Shown one piece after another: positions 38,959 to 48,664 of a stretch of DNA of 64,000 nucleotides (its first letter is position 1; each line of letters opens with the position of its first letter). The position numbers were made by a program, and so were the translations under genes. The notes under the pieces are model-generated. The model was given only the letters and a program-made list of their open reading frames with translations. It had not been told where the DNA came from and made no database searches. The DNA lies in contig NZ_CP186926.1 in NCBI RefSeq assembly GCF_049554935.1, forward strand, positions 416,001-480,000, written 5' to 3'. The DNA is from Methanocaldococcus indicus (lineage in GTDB: Archaea > AGJL01 > Methanococci > Methanococcales > Methanocaldococcaceae).

Positions 38959-40002
38959 TTATTTATACATCCTTAACAACAAATAAATAAACATTGGAGC
39001 TCCTAAGAAAGAAGTTAATATTCCAACTGGTAAGACTATTGGAGCAATTATTGTCCTTGCAAATGTATCTGCAACTAATAACAACACAGATCCAAATATT
39101 GCAGAAATTGGAATTAAAAATCTATAATCTCCACCAATAATAATTCTAATTAAATGAGGACATATCAATCCAACAAAACCAATAATTCCCAAAAATGCTA
39201 CATTTACAGAAACTAATAATGAAGCTATAAGCATTCCTACCAATCTTACTTTCTCAGTATCAACTCCTAAAGATTTAGCAGCTTCATCTCCAACTTCTAA
39301 TGCATTGTAGTCCCATCTCTTGTGTATAAAATAAATTAATGAAAATAACAAAACTATAAACATAATGTAAATTTCTGTCCATGAAGCTCTACCTAAATCA
39401 CCAAAAGTCCAATATACAATTGCAGCTAATTGTAAATCATCAGCAAAATATTGAATTAAAGTTGTCCCAGCAGTAAATAATGAACTCATAGCTACTCCTG
39501 CTAAAATCATAGCTTCTGGAGATAATCTCCTTAACTTTGCAATTAGTAATATTACAACAACACTAACTAATGCTCCAAAAAAAGCAAAAATAGTTATTAA
39601 ATATGGATTGTCAATAAGTATTTTTCCTCCACTAATGTTCCCTAATCCAAAAAAGATAATTGCAAGAGAAGCTCCAAACATTGCCCCATGTGATATTCCA
39701 ATAGTAAAAGGGCTTGCTAATGGATTTCTTAAAATACATTGCATAACTGCTCCTGCAACAGCTAATGACATTCCAGCAATTATTGCTGCAAGTATTCTTG
39801 GTAATCTAATATTCCAAATGACTAAGTTTATGTGTTCATCACCATATCCAAAAATACCATTTATTACTTGATTTACTGTTAATTTATAATCTCCTACACA
39901 TAAAGCATAAATTGAGCATAAAAATGTGAATATTAATAAAATAAATCCAAAAATTATTTTCTTTTTTGTATATTTTTTATATTCTTCTTGGAGTGTGTCC
40001 AT
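38959..40002 (-). CDS. FecCD-family ABC permease
   Basis: [24 protein letters not shown]. Confidence 0.92.
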   Translation of the reverse strand: MDTLQEEYKKYTKKKIIFGFILLIFTFLCSIYALCVGDYKLTVNQVINGIFGYGDEHINLVIWNIRLPRILAAIIAGMSLAVAGAVMQCILRNPLASPFTIGISHGAMFGASLAIIFFGLGNISGGKILIDNPYLITIFAFFGALVSVVVILLIAKLRRLSPEAMILAGVAMSSLFTAGTTLIQYFADDLQLAAIVYWTFGDLGRASWTEIYIMFIVLLFSLIYFIHKRWDYNALEVGDEAAKSLGVDTEKVRLVGMLIASLLVSVNVAFLGIIGFVGLICPHLIRIIIGGDYRFLIPISAIFGSVLLLVADTFARTIIAPIVLPVGILTSFLGAPMFIYLLLRMYK

Positions 40003-40033
40003 AAATATCCCAAAATTTTAAATTCTAAAATTT

Positions 40034-41110
40034 CTATATTTTTTTAGCAATAATCATCTTTGCTGGTGAGTTATTTTCAAATCCTAAAAGTTTTGGAATA
40101 TCAATAACCTCTAAAATCTTAAAACCTAAATCTTCTAAGTATTTCAAATAATCATCAAAGTTTAAATCTCCTTTAAATGTATATCTCATTCTGCTTTTTT
40201 CAAGTCCTTTTGGCTTGGAGAAGTTCCATTCCATATTATCTAAATAATCATTAATACTTTCTTCCTTTTCTGGAAAAAATTGTTTATTTATAAACAAACC
40301 TCCTTTATTTAAAGCATCATAAACCTTTTTAGCAATTTTTGGATTTTTTCCACCTGGATTGTAAGAGCAGAAGATTATATCATAATCCTTCCCAATCTTA
40401 TCCTTATAAAAATCACCAGCAATAGTATAGACATTTTTTGCATTGTATTTTTTGATAAACTTTTTAGTTTCTTCAACAACGTCTGGTAAATCAAAGACAT
40501 AGCACTTTAAATTTTTATTTAACATACTAAATCCAATAGCATACAAACCATGTCCTCCAGCTAAATCAAGAAGTTTTTTAGCATTTTTAAACTCTTCATA
40601 TTTGGCTATATGGCTTAAAACCTTCTGCAACTCCCAGCATTTGCATTCATCACCCATTCTTTTAACAATCTTTGGAAAAAAGGAGCTGATGTCTGTATTT
40701 GTATATTTATCCTTATTTTTTAAAATATCTAATAAATTTACCCAATTTTTGATATTTTCAAAATAACTATAAATTGGATTAAACAAATTATATTCTGAAT
40801 CTCTTTTAAAATAGATATCGGTAATTTCTGTGTTTCTATAATGGATTTTTCCATTTATAACTTTACTTTCAATTAAATTAAGCTCATTAAGAATTTTTAA
40901 TATATAATCTGTTAAAATTATATCTGTCTCTAATAGTGCTGCTAATTCATCTGCACTTTTAAAATCATCTAAATAATCAAATAAATTTAAATCAATAGCA
41001 GTTTTTAACAAATAAAAAATCCTTGTTTTTGAATAGATTTCATCAAAAAGTTTTAATATCTTTTCTGGACTTTTATCTGGACATTTTAGAAGGGACATAT
41101 TCTCCCACAA
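40034..41110 (-). CDS. Class I SAM O-methyltransferase with N-terminal dimerisation domain
   Basis: LLDLAGGHG, VFDLP, AGDF. Confidence 0.82.
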   Translation of the reverse strand: MWENMSLLKCPDKSPEKILKLFDEIYSKTRIFYLLKTAIDLNLFDYLDDFKSADELAALLETDIILTDYILKILNELNLIESKVINGKIHYRNTEITDIYFKRDSEYNLFNPIYSYFENIKNWVNLLDILKNKDKYTNTDISSFFPKIVKRMGDECKCWELQKVLSHIAKYEEFKNAKKLLDLAGGHGLYAIGFSMLNKNLKCYVFDLPDVVEETKKFIKKYNAKNVYTIAGDFYKDKIGKDYDIIFCSYNPGGKNPKIAKKVYDALNKGGLFINKQFFPEKEESINDYLDNMEWNFSKPKGLEKSRMRYTFKGDLNFDDYLKYLEDLGFKILEVIDIPKLLGFENNSPAKMIIAKKI

Positions 41111-41121
41111 AAAAATAAATT

Positions 41122-42252
41122 TTAATTATTAAATTCTAACTTTTTAAATCCACCTAATTTTTCCTTCATAATATTATAGACTGGTTTTCCTACTAAGAAA
41201 GCATAAATTTCATCTGCCTTTTCTTCTGGATTTATATCACTAAACTTTTCTGGATAAATTACTTTTCCAACATAATAAGCATCTGCCAATGCTGTTCCAA
41301 TATTTGTAGTATAGAAATTGTAAGGCAATAGTCCATAAACATTTCCATTTTTAAAAGCTTTTAATGAATTATAGAATTCAGGATTTTTCTTATAATCCTC
41401 AATAACCAATTTTAATCCACCTTCATCAATAAATATAATATCAGGGTTCCATTTTAGTATTTGTTCCTTACTAACAAATACATGTCCTTCTTTATTTAAC
41501 TCATCTGCAACATTTTTAGCATGAACTAATACAAATGGAGGATATTTACATTGAGTACTCTCAATTCCACGCATACCTTTGTATCCTATTCCTCCAACAT
41601 ATACACTTGGTTTTTTCTCATCTGGAATATCTTTTGTTCTATTTTCTAAATCATTTTCACAATATTTTATAAATTTAATAACATCTTCAGCTCTTTTTTC
41701 TTTGTCTAAAATCATTCCTGCAAGTTTTAAAGATTTAAATAAATCTTCATTATCAAAAGTAGCCAACTTTCCATAGCTTAAAACAACTACAGGAATTCCA
41801 GTTTTTTGTTGTAACTCTTCAACATCTTCTTTGGGCATATATGTAACAAAAATTACATCTGGTTTTACTTGCATTATTGCTTCTGGATTTGGTTTTGGAC
41901 TTGGTCCTCCTTGTCCAATTGTAGGTAATTCGGCAAGTTCTGGATGAGCAATTCTATAAGGTCTTCCCCATGGTGTCCATTTTTTCTCAGCATCTTCAAC
42001 TCCTACAACTTTATCTGTTGCATTCAAATATACAATCAATCTTAAACATCCTGGACCAAGACATACTATTCTATTTACTTCTTTTGGAACTTCTACAACT
42101 CTTCCATACAAATCTGTAATTTTAATTACTTCTGGGTTGATATGTTTCTCTATGTTGCTTGATTCTATGTTATTTGATTGACTAACACACCCTGAGAACA
42201 ATAAACCAGCTATTATCAGAATTATCATTTTTTTCATCATTTTATCATCCAT
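41122..42252 (-). CDS. Fe/B12-type ABC substrate-binding lipoprotein
   Basis: Lipobox LFSGC; ITDLYGR, PEAI..KPDVI, WNPDIIF. Confidence 0.88.
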   Translation of the reverse strand: MDDKMMKKMIILIIAGLLFSGCVSQSNNIESSNIEKHINPEVIKITDLYGRVVEVPKEVNRIVCLGPGCLRLIVYLNATDKVVGVEDAEKKWTPWGRPYRIAHPELAELPTIGQGGPSPKPNPEAIMQVKPDVIFVTYMPKEDVEELQQKTGIPVVVLSYGKLATFDNEDLFKSLKLAGMILDKEKRAEDVIKFIKYCENDLENRTKDIPDEKKPSVYVGGIGYKGMRGIESTQCKYPPFVLVHAKNVADELNKEGHVFVSKEQILKWNPDIIFIDEGGLKLVIEDYKKNPEFYNSLKAFKNGNVYGLLPYNFYTTNIGTALADAYYVGKVIYPEKFSDINPEEKADEIYAFLVGKPVYNIMKEKLGGFKKLEFNN

Positions 42253-42368
42253 TTTTTCTTTTATTTATGAGTAAATAATAACAAAAGATATTTTGTTAAT
42301 AACATATAACCTATATATATTTTTATGTGGTAAAAATTAAGTCAAAAATTTTATTAGGTTAAAGAATT

Positions 42369-45300
42369 ATGAAGAAAGTTTTTAGCATTTTAAAGGATAT
42401 AGGTATTGATGAGCTTAGACCTCCTCAAAAAAAGGCTATTGATTTAGGAATATCAGATAAAAATAAAAATTTTATAATTTCAATTCCTACAGCATCTGGG
42501 AAGACATTAATTGGGGAAATAGCTTTAATAAACCATCTTTTAGATGAAGACAAGAAACCAACAGGTAGGAAAGGGATTTTTATAGTCCCTTTAAAGGCAT
42601 TAGCTTCTGAAAAATATGAAGATTTCAAAAATAAATATGAAAAATTTGGACTAAGAGTTGCTTTATCTATTGGAGATTATGATGAAGATGAAGATTTAAG
42701 CAACTATCATCTAATAATTACAACTGCTGAAAAACTTGATTCTTTATGGAGGCATAAAATTGATTGGTTAGATGATATATCTATTGTAGTTGTAGATGAG
42801 ATTCACTTAATCAATGATGATACAAGAGGAGGAACATTAGAGATTTTATTAACAAAACTAAAAAATTTAGATGTTCAAATTATTGGCCTATCTGCTACAA
42901 TTGGCAATCCTCATGAATTAGCCAATTGGTTAAATGCTGAACTTCTCTTAGATGATTGGAGACCAATAGAGTTAAAGAAAGGAATTTATAAAAATGGAGA
43001 AATTGAATATATAAATGGGGAAATTAAGAAGATTAATGAAAAAGGAGATGATATATATAAGTTAGTTGTTGATTGTGTAAAAGATGGAGGAAGTTGTTTA
43101 GTTTTTTGCAATACTAAAAGAAATGCTGTTAATGAAGCCAAAAAATTAGATTTAAGAAGATATTTAACAGAAGAAGAAAAAGAGAAATTAAAAAAGATTG
43201 CTAATGAAATACTATCTATTTTAGAGCAGCCAACTGAGTTATGTAAAACATTAGCCAACTGTATTTTAAAAGGAGTAGCTTTCCATCATGCAGGACTAAC
43301 ATATCAGCATAGGAAAATTGTTGAAGAAGCTTTCAGAAAGAGGTTAATTAAAGTTATATGTTGTACTCCAACACTATGTCTAAATGCAAACACTGAAATA
43401 CTGCAGGAGAGTGGATTTAGAAAAATCACAGATTTAAACAAAAATGAAAAAGTTTTTGCACTGTGTGGAAATGAAATAAAACCAATAGATGGTTGGAAAG
43501 TTCATAGAACACCACAACATCCATATAACATTGTTGTAAAAACAGTAAATAGTTTGAAAATTACCACAACTCCAAATCATATATTTTTGGTTAAAGAAAG
43601 TGGTCCTTTAAAAGAAAAGGAAGCAAAAGATTTAAAAGTTGGGGATTATGTAGCAACTGTTGATAGAATAAGAGTTAAGGAGAAAAATATAGGACTATCT
43701 TATGGAGACCTTTACTTTATTGGATACTTTATAGGTGATGGTTATACAGGAGTTATAAAAAAAGATGTATTTAATGGTAGCCCTGACCTTGCATTTAATC
43801 CAAAGTATCCACCAAATTTTGATGATTCTGAACTTCACAAAAAATATTTTTTGAAATGTAGAGTATCTAATGGTGTTGCTCATTATAGGTATTCAAAAAA
43901 ACTAAGAAAACTCTTTAATAAATTAAATTTACTTACAAAAGATAACAAAAATATTGATGTATTTTGTAACCTTACATTGGATAAGCTATCATATCTTATT
44001 GCCGGTTTATTTGATAGTGATGGATATGTAAATTCAAATGCAAAATATATTGAATTTTATTCGATATCTGAAAAGTTGGTCAAACAATTACAATTTGTAT
44101 TGTTAAGATTTGGTATTCATGCCAGTATTAGAAAAAAGAAAACTGAAACTATAACATCTCCAACAAATGGAAAAGAATACAAATGTAAAGATATTTATGT
44201 ATTGTCAATTAGAGATTTTATGAGTATAAAAAGATTTTATGAAAATATTCCATTAAGACATGAAGAGAAGAGAAAAAAATTAGAAAAAATTGTAAAAAGT
44301 AAGGAAATTGCTAAAATATGGTGTGATTGTGGATTTAGTGTTGATTTAACTATGTTTAAACCAAGAACTAAAAGGCAGAGAGAATTAAATAAAAAGCGTG
44401 TAAAATTACTTTTTGAGCTGTTAGATGGGAAAAAGTTAATTACAAACTATGAAGAGTATTTCTCAAAAAGAAAAAATCCACATTTTGAATTTATTGTAAG
44501 AGAAAATGTTGGTGGTAATAAAAAAGGAGTATATTATTCTCTAAATAATAAAGGAAAGATTTTAATGAATCTTCTTAATAAAAATATCGAAAATAAAAAT
44601 AATTTAGATGAGATATATAACTTTTTGGTAAATCTTAAAAATTGCCCGATTTGTGGAAAACCAATTCATAAAGTGATAAGACATAGCTGGAAAAAAGAGT
44701 GCTATGATGGAGACATTTATTGGGATAAAATTAAAGAAATTAAAAAGATAAAAGTAAATGACAAATATGCTTATGATATAGAACTGCCTGATGATGGATT
44801 GAATAGTCATTATATTGTAGCAAATGGATTTATAGTGCATAACTCTGCTGGACTTAATGTTCCATGTAGAAGAGCTATAATAAAAGATTTAAAAAGATAT
44901 ACAAATGAAGGAATGAGATATATTCCAATAATGGAAGTCCAGCAATGCATAGGAAGAGCTGGAAGACCAGGATATGATGAGTATGGAGAAGGAATAATTT
45001 TAGCTAAAAACAATAGAGATTATTTAAGAGCTATTCAAATATTGACTCAAAATCCTGAACCAATATATTCAAAACTCTCCAATCAAGCTATTTTAAGAAC
45101 TCAAATTTTAGGTTTAATAACAACAGGAGAAGTTTTAGATGAGTATGATTTAGAAGAGTTTATTAAAAATACATTTTATGCTCATCAGTTTGGAAATTTA
45201 GATTATGTAATTGAAAATATTAAGGAGGTTATAAGATTTTTAGAAGAGAACAATTTTATAAAAAATTTTGTCCCAACAGAATTAGGAAAAAGAGTTTCTG

Positions 45301-45887
45301 AGTTATATATAGACCCATTATCAGCTAAGTTTATAATAGATGGATTAAAAAAAGATATTAAAGATGAACTCTACTATCTCTATTTAATATCTAAAACTAT
45401 AGAAATGAGACCTTATCTAAGAGTTTATAGGAATGAAGAGTTTGAACTAATCAATGAGATGAGAAATTATAACATTGATTTTATTGAGTATGAGGACTTA
45501 GAGGCTTTTAAGACAGCTAAAATGTTATATGATTGGATTAATGAACTTCCAGAAGACAAAATTTTAGAAAAATATAAGATTGAACCAGGAATTTTGAGGT
45601 ATAAGGTTGAGAATGCAATATGGCTTATGCATGCAGTAAAAGAAATATCTAAAATAATTGGAAAAGATACAGAAATTCCTGAAAAGTTGGAGATAAGATT
45701 GGAGTATGGAGCTAAAGAGGATATAATTGAACTTTTAAAAATAAAACATATAGGTAGAGTAAGAGCAAGAAAGCTATACAATGCAGGTATTAAAAGTGTT
45801 GAAGATATTATAAACAATCCTAAAAAAGTTTCTTCTATAATTGGAGAGAAGATAACTAAAAAGATTTTAGATGAAATTGAATTATAA
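42369..45887 (+). CDS. hel308: Hel308/Hjm SF2 DNA helicase with one intein
   Basis: PTASGKT, DEIH, SAT, FHHAGL, PTL|..|SAG, GRAGRP, HhH tail. Confidence 0.95.
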   Translation: MKKVFSILKDIGIDELRPPQKKAIDLGISDKNKNFIISIPTASGKTLIGEIALINHLLDEDKKPTGRKGIFIVPLKALASEKYEDFKNKYEKFGLRVALSIGDYDEDEDLSNYHLIITTAEKLDSLWRHKIDWLDDISIVVVDEIHLINDDTRGGTLEILLTKLKNLDVQIIGLSATIGNPHELANWLNAELLLDDWRPIELKKGIYKNGEIEYINGEIKKINEKGDDIYKLVVDCVKDGGSCLVFCNTKRNAVNEAKKLDLRRYLTEEEKEKLKKIANEILSILEQPTELCKTLANCILKGVAFHHAGLTYQHRKIVEEAFRKRLIKVICCTPTLCLNANTEILQESGFRKITDLNKNEKVFALCGNEIKPIDGWKVHRTPQHPYNIVVKTVNSLKITTTPNHIFLVKESGPLKEKEAKDLKVGDYVATVDRIRVKEKNIGLSYGDLYFIGYFIGDGYTGVIKKDVFNGSPDLAFNPKYPPNFDDSELHKKYFLKCRVSNGVAHYRYSKKLRKLFNKLNLLTKDNKNIDVFCNLTLDKLSYLIAGLFDSDGYVNSNAKYIEFYSISEKLVKQLQFVLLRFGIHASIRKKKTETITSPTNGKEYKCKDIYVLSIRDFMSIKRFYENIPLRHEEKRKKLEKIVKSKEIAKIWCDCGFSVDLTMFKPRTKRQRELNKKRVKLLFELLDGKKLITNYEEYFSKRKNPHFEFIVRENVGGNKKGVYYSLNNKGKILMNLLNKNIENKNNLDEIYNFLVNLKNCPICGKPIHKVIRHSWKKECYDGDIYWDKIKEIKKIKVNDKYAYDIELPDDGLNSHYIVANGFIVHNSAGLNVPCRRAIIKDLKRYTNEGMRYIPIMEVQQCIGRAGRPGYDEYGEGIILAKNNRDYLRAIQILTQNPEPIYSKLSNQAILRTQILGLITTGEVLDEYDLEEFIKNTFYAHQFGNLDYVIENIKEVIRFLEENNFIKNFVPTELGKRVSELYIDPLSAKFIIDGLKKDIKDELYYLYLISKTIEMRPYLRVYRNEEFELINEMRNYNIDFIEYEDLEAFKTAKMLYDWINELPEDKILEKYKIEPGILRYKVENAIWLMHAVKEISKIIGKDTEIPEKLEIRLEYGAKEDIIELLKIKHIGRVRARKLYNAGIKSVEDIINNPKKVSSIIGEKITKKILDEIEL
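43377..44843 (+). mobile_element. Intein in Hel308 (489 aa), LAGLIDADG plus Cys-pair insert
   Basis: PTL|CLNA...IGYFIGDG...AGLFDSDG...CDCG...CPICG...VHN|SAG. Confidence 0.92.
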
Positions 45888-47198
45888 AATTTTGAATTTT
45901 CTTTCCCCATCATTTAAAATTGTCCAAATTGGATGATAGATACATTTATAAATTTCTCTTGCAAAATTTAAAAATCCTTCAAATCCAGTAAATGGATAGA
46001 AATCTTGTGGAAATGATAAAAAAGGAATTCCATATTTAACTGCCATATACTTCTCTTTAGTTCCTCCAATAAATATATCAGGTTTTTTATGTTTAAATAT
46101 TAATTCTAAATCTATTTTTGATGCATCATCTACAAAAAGAGTATTGTCTTCTACATTTCTATAAGCCTCTATATAATCTTCCAAATCACCAAATTGTGAG
46201 CCAATAGATATAACTTCCATTCCTAAATCTTTAAAAGCTGATGATAACATACCAATTTTTGAAGCTCCCATAAAAATACCTACTTTTTTTCCATTTAGTT
46301 TTTCTATATAAAAATCTAATTTATCCTTTATCTTTTTAGTTTCATTGTCAATAATCTCTTTTCCAACTTCTTTAATTTTAAAGAATTTAGCTATCTTCAT
46401 TATAGAATCTATTGTATTACTTAAACCTATGAATGAAACATTTAATTTTGGAATTCCATACTTTCTTTCCATATATTCAGCAATATACTTCCCAGTTCTT
46501 TTACAATGCACAAGATTTAACTTAGCATTTTTAGCATTTTTTATATCTTCAACAGAACAATCTCCTGTAAATGTTGCTATAACTTCAATTCCCATCTTAT
46601 TTAATATATCCTTAATTACTCTTGTTTCATTACTAATATTATATTCACCAATAATATTAACTGTGAGCTTGTCTCTAAATTCATCTTTAAATTCTCCTTT
46701 ATCTATTAATTTAAATATTGAAATTATTGCAATTTCATGACCTTTTGATTGATGATATCCACAAAATCCAGGACAAAATATAGGAATCACTGGAATATTT
46801 AAAGATTTTTCAGCATCTTCACATATCTTTTTGATATTATCTCCAATTAGAGAAGATACACATGTCGCATAAACAAATATAGTATCTCCTTTTAGTTCAT
46901 TATAAGCTTCTATTATTGTATCATAAAGTTTTTTTTCACAACCATATATTACATCAATAGTTTCCATATCAGTAGATACAATATTATATGATTTTTTTCT
47001 TACATTTTGGCCATAAAATGCACATCCAATAGGAGAATGAATTATATGAATAGTATTTTTTATTGGAGCTAATATCCATCTTACTCCATAATATGGACAA
47101 CTCCTTTGTGTAATACTTCCAGGAGAAGACTTTTTATTTGTTGTAGGAAGTCCATATTTTTTTAAAGTAATTTTATAAGGAAGGACTCTTATTTTCAT
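45882..47198 (-). CDS. nifE: NifE-like nitrogenase cofactor scaffold
   Basis: RSCPYYG, HSPIGC, TCVSSLIGD, VHCKR; lacks the FeMo-co His ligand region of NifD. Confidence 0.75.
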   Translation of the reverse strand: MKIRVLPYKITLKKYGLPTTNKKSSPGSITQRSCPYYGVRWILAPIKNTIHIIHSPIGCAFYGQNVRKKSYNIVSTDMETIDVIYGCEKKLYDTIIEAYNELKGDTIFVYATCVSSLIGDNIKKICEDAEKSLNIPVIPIFCPGFCGYHQSKGHEIAIISIFKLIDKGEFKDEFRDKLTVNIIGEYNISNETRVIKDILNKMGIEVIATFTGDCSVEDIKNAKNAKLNLVHCKRTGKYIAEYMERKYGIPKLNVSFIGLSNTIDSIMKIAKFFKIKEVGKEIIDNETKKIKDKLDFYIEKLNGKKVGIFMGASKIGMLSSAFKDLGMEVISIGSQFGDLEDYIEAYRNVEDNTLFVDDASKIDLELIFKHKKPDIFIGGTKEKYMAVKYGIPFLSFPQDFYPFTGFEGFLNFAREIYKCIYHPIWTILNDGERKFKIL

Positions 47199-47833
47199 AC
47201 TATCTCCTTTTTTAATATGTTTATTAACAAACTGTAATCTTTAAAATTCTCATCAGGAGGATGTAAAATATACAAAGAACCATTTTTGAATATTTTAATA
47301 CCTAAAATATCTCCTTCATTATTGAGAAGTATTGGCCTGTAATCAAGATATTCATAATCACAAATTAATGATAATGTATCTACCAATCCTAACTTACCAT
47401 TTTCATCATTAACTTCATATATATGGGAATATTCCTTAATCAGCTCAGAATATGTTGGTAATTCATTGGATATAATATCAGTTCCCTCCTTATCTTTAAC
47501 AACAAATGTGTCTCTAACTAAATGTTTCATTAAGTAGTGTTCCATAATTCTGCCTTTTGAGATATTTTTGAAATATGGGTCAATAACTACAACATTTGAG
47601 CCATTTTCTAATATTTCCTTTATTTTTATGTCTTTTAGTATTGTAATAACACTTGATTGATTTGCTGAATAAGAACTTAAATTTTTAAAAAATAGGGGCA
47701 TATACACAATAGTTAAATCATATTTTGCAATATCTATTTGGTTAAATGGTATGAATAAACAATCTTCAGCATCATAAGAATCCACATTATTAATTTCTTT
47801 TCCTAAGAATAGAACTTTCATATTATTCACCAT
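47195..47833 (-). CDS. Hypothetical protein coupled to nifE
   Basis: 212-aa ORF overlapping the nifE start by 4 bp. Confidence 0.65.
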   Translation of the reverse strand: MVNNMKVLFLGKEINNVDSYDAEDCLFIPFNQIDIAKYDLTIVYMPLFFKNLSSYSANQSSVITILKDIKIKEILENGSNVVVIDPYFKNISKGRIMEHYLMKHLVRDTFVVKDKEGTDIISNELPTYSELIKEYSHIYEVNDENGKLGLVDTLSLICDYEYLDYRPILLNNEGDILGIKIFKNGSLYILHPPDENFKDYSLLINILKKEIV

Positions 47834-47836
47834 TTA

Positions 47837-47850
47837 GGAATTAGGTTACC
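47837..47850. promoter_or_regulatory. NrpR-like operator (1 mismatch)
   Basis: GGAA-TTAGGT-TACC vs consensus GGAA-N6-TTCC. Confidence 0.6.
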
Positions 47851-47877
47851 TATTTCCAAATTATAAAATAAAAAAAA

Positions 47878-48072
47878 TTACTCTTCTAAGATAATTGCAT
47901 TAGTAGGACAAACATCTTTACAAACTCCACAAAGAGTACATTCTTCTTCTCTTGCTACAACTACTTTATCTCCTTGAATTTCAAAAACTTCCATAGGACA
48001 GTTATTTACACATTCTGCACAATCTGGACCTCTGCATAAGTCATAGTTTATTTGTATAACCAACAATACCAC
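47878..48072 (-). CDS. 2[4Fe-4S] ferredoxin
   Basis: CRGPDCAECVNNCP and CTLCGVCKDVCP. Confidence 0.9.
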   Translation of the reverse strand: MVLLVIQINYDLCRGPDCAECVNNCPMEVFEIQGDKVVVAREEECTLCGVCKDVCPTNAIILEE

Positions 48073-48331
48073 CTAATGAGAATCTAATTTTCAAAGCAAT
48101 CATTTTTAGAATGTTAATGAATCTGTCCAAATTTAAATTAATATGTATATAGTTAAAGTCATAAGGAATGTCATAGGAATTATAAACCATTATTCTGTCT
48201 CCTTTCTTTATATTATTAGGAACTGGAACATTTATTTCTCTAACTACACCATCTATTTCAATTAGGGGAACTTTTAAATTATTATTTACAATTTTAAATC
48301 CTCTAAATGTCCCAATTTTACCATAACACAT
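48041..48331 (-). CDS. Small nif-operon protein, HypC/HupF-like
   Basis: MC N-terminus; IDGVVREIN...IKKGDRIMVY resembles HypC GVxREV...VKVGDYVLVH. Confidence 0.5.
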   Translation of the reverse strand: MCYGKIGTFRGFKIVNNNLKVPLIEIDGVVREINVPVPNNIKKGDRIMVYNSYDIPYDFNYIHINLNLDRFINILKMIALKIRFSLGGIVGYTNKL

Positions 48332-48333
48332 AA

Positions 48334-48663
48334 TTACTCACTCTCCCTAACTTTAAATAACCAATCTATATTATATTTTTTTAATTCATCTTTTATAAAT
48401 TCTATTATATCATCTGGAACTCCATATTTTTTCAGGTCTTCTACATTTTCAAGTTCTTCAGGTTTTCCATATCCACTTTCTATCTCATCTATTAAATATT
48501 TAGCAACTATCCCAGGAATATTTTTAACTTTCACTGCTTCAAAAAGTATAGAATTCTCATGAGGAATTTTATCTTCCTTTATGTAGAATACTATACAATG
48601 GAAATCATCACCTTCAACAATATTCCCATATTCATCATATTTCTTAAATTCAACTATCATCAT
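48334..48663 (-). CDS. Hypothetical acidic protein in the nif operon
   Basis: 109-aa ORF abutting the nifK stop. Confidence 0.65.
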   Translation of the reverse strand: MMIVEFKKYDEYGNIVEGDDFHCIVFYIKEDKIPHENSILFEAVKVKNIPGIVAKYLIDEIESGYGKPEELENVEDLKKYGVPDDIIEFIKDELKKYNIDWLFKVRESE

Positions 48664-48664
48664 A

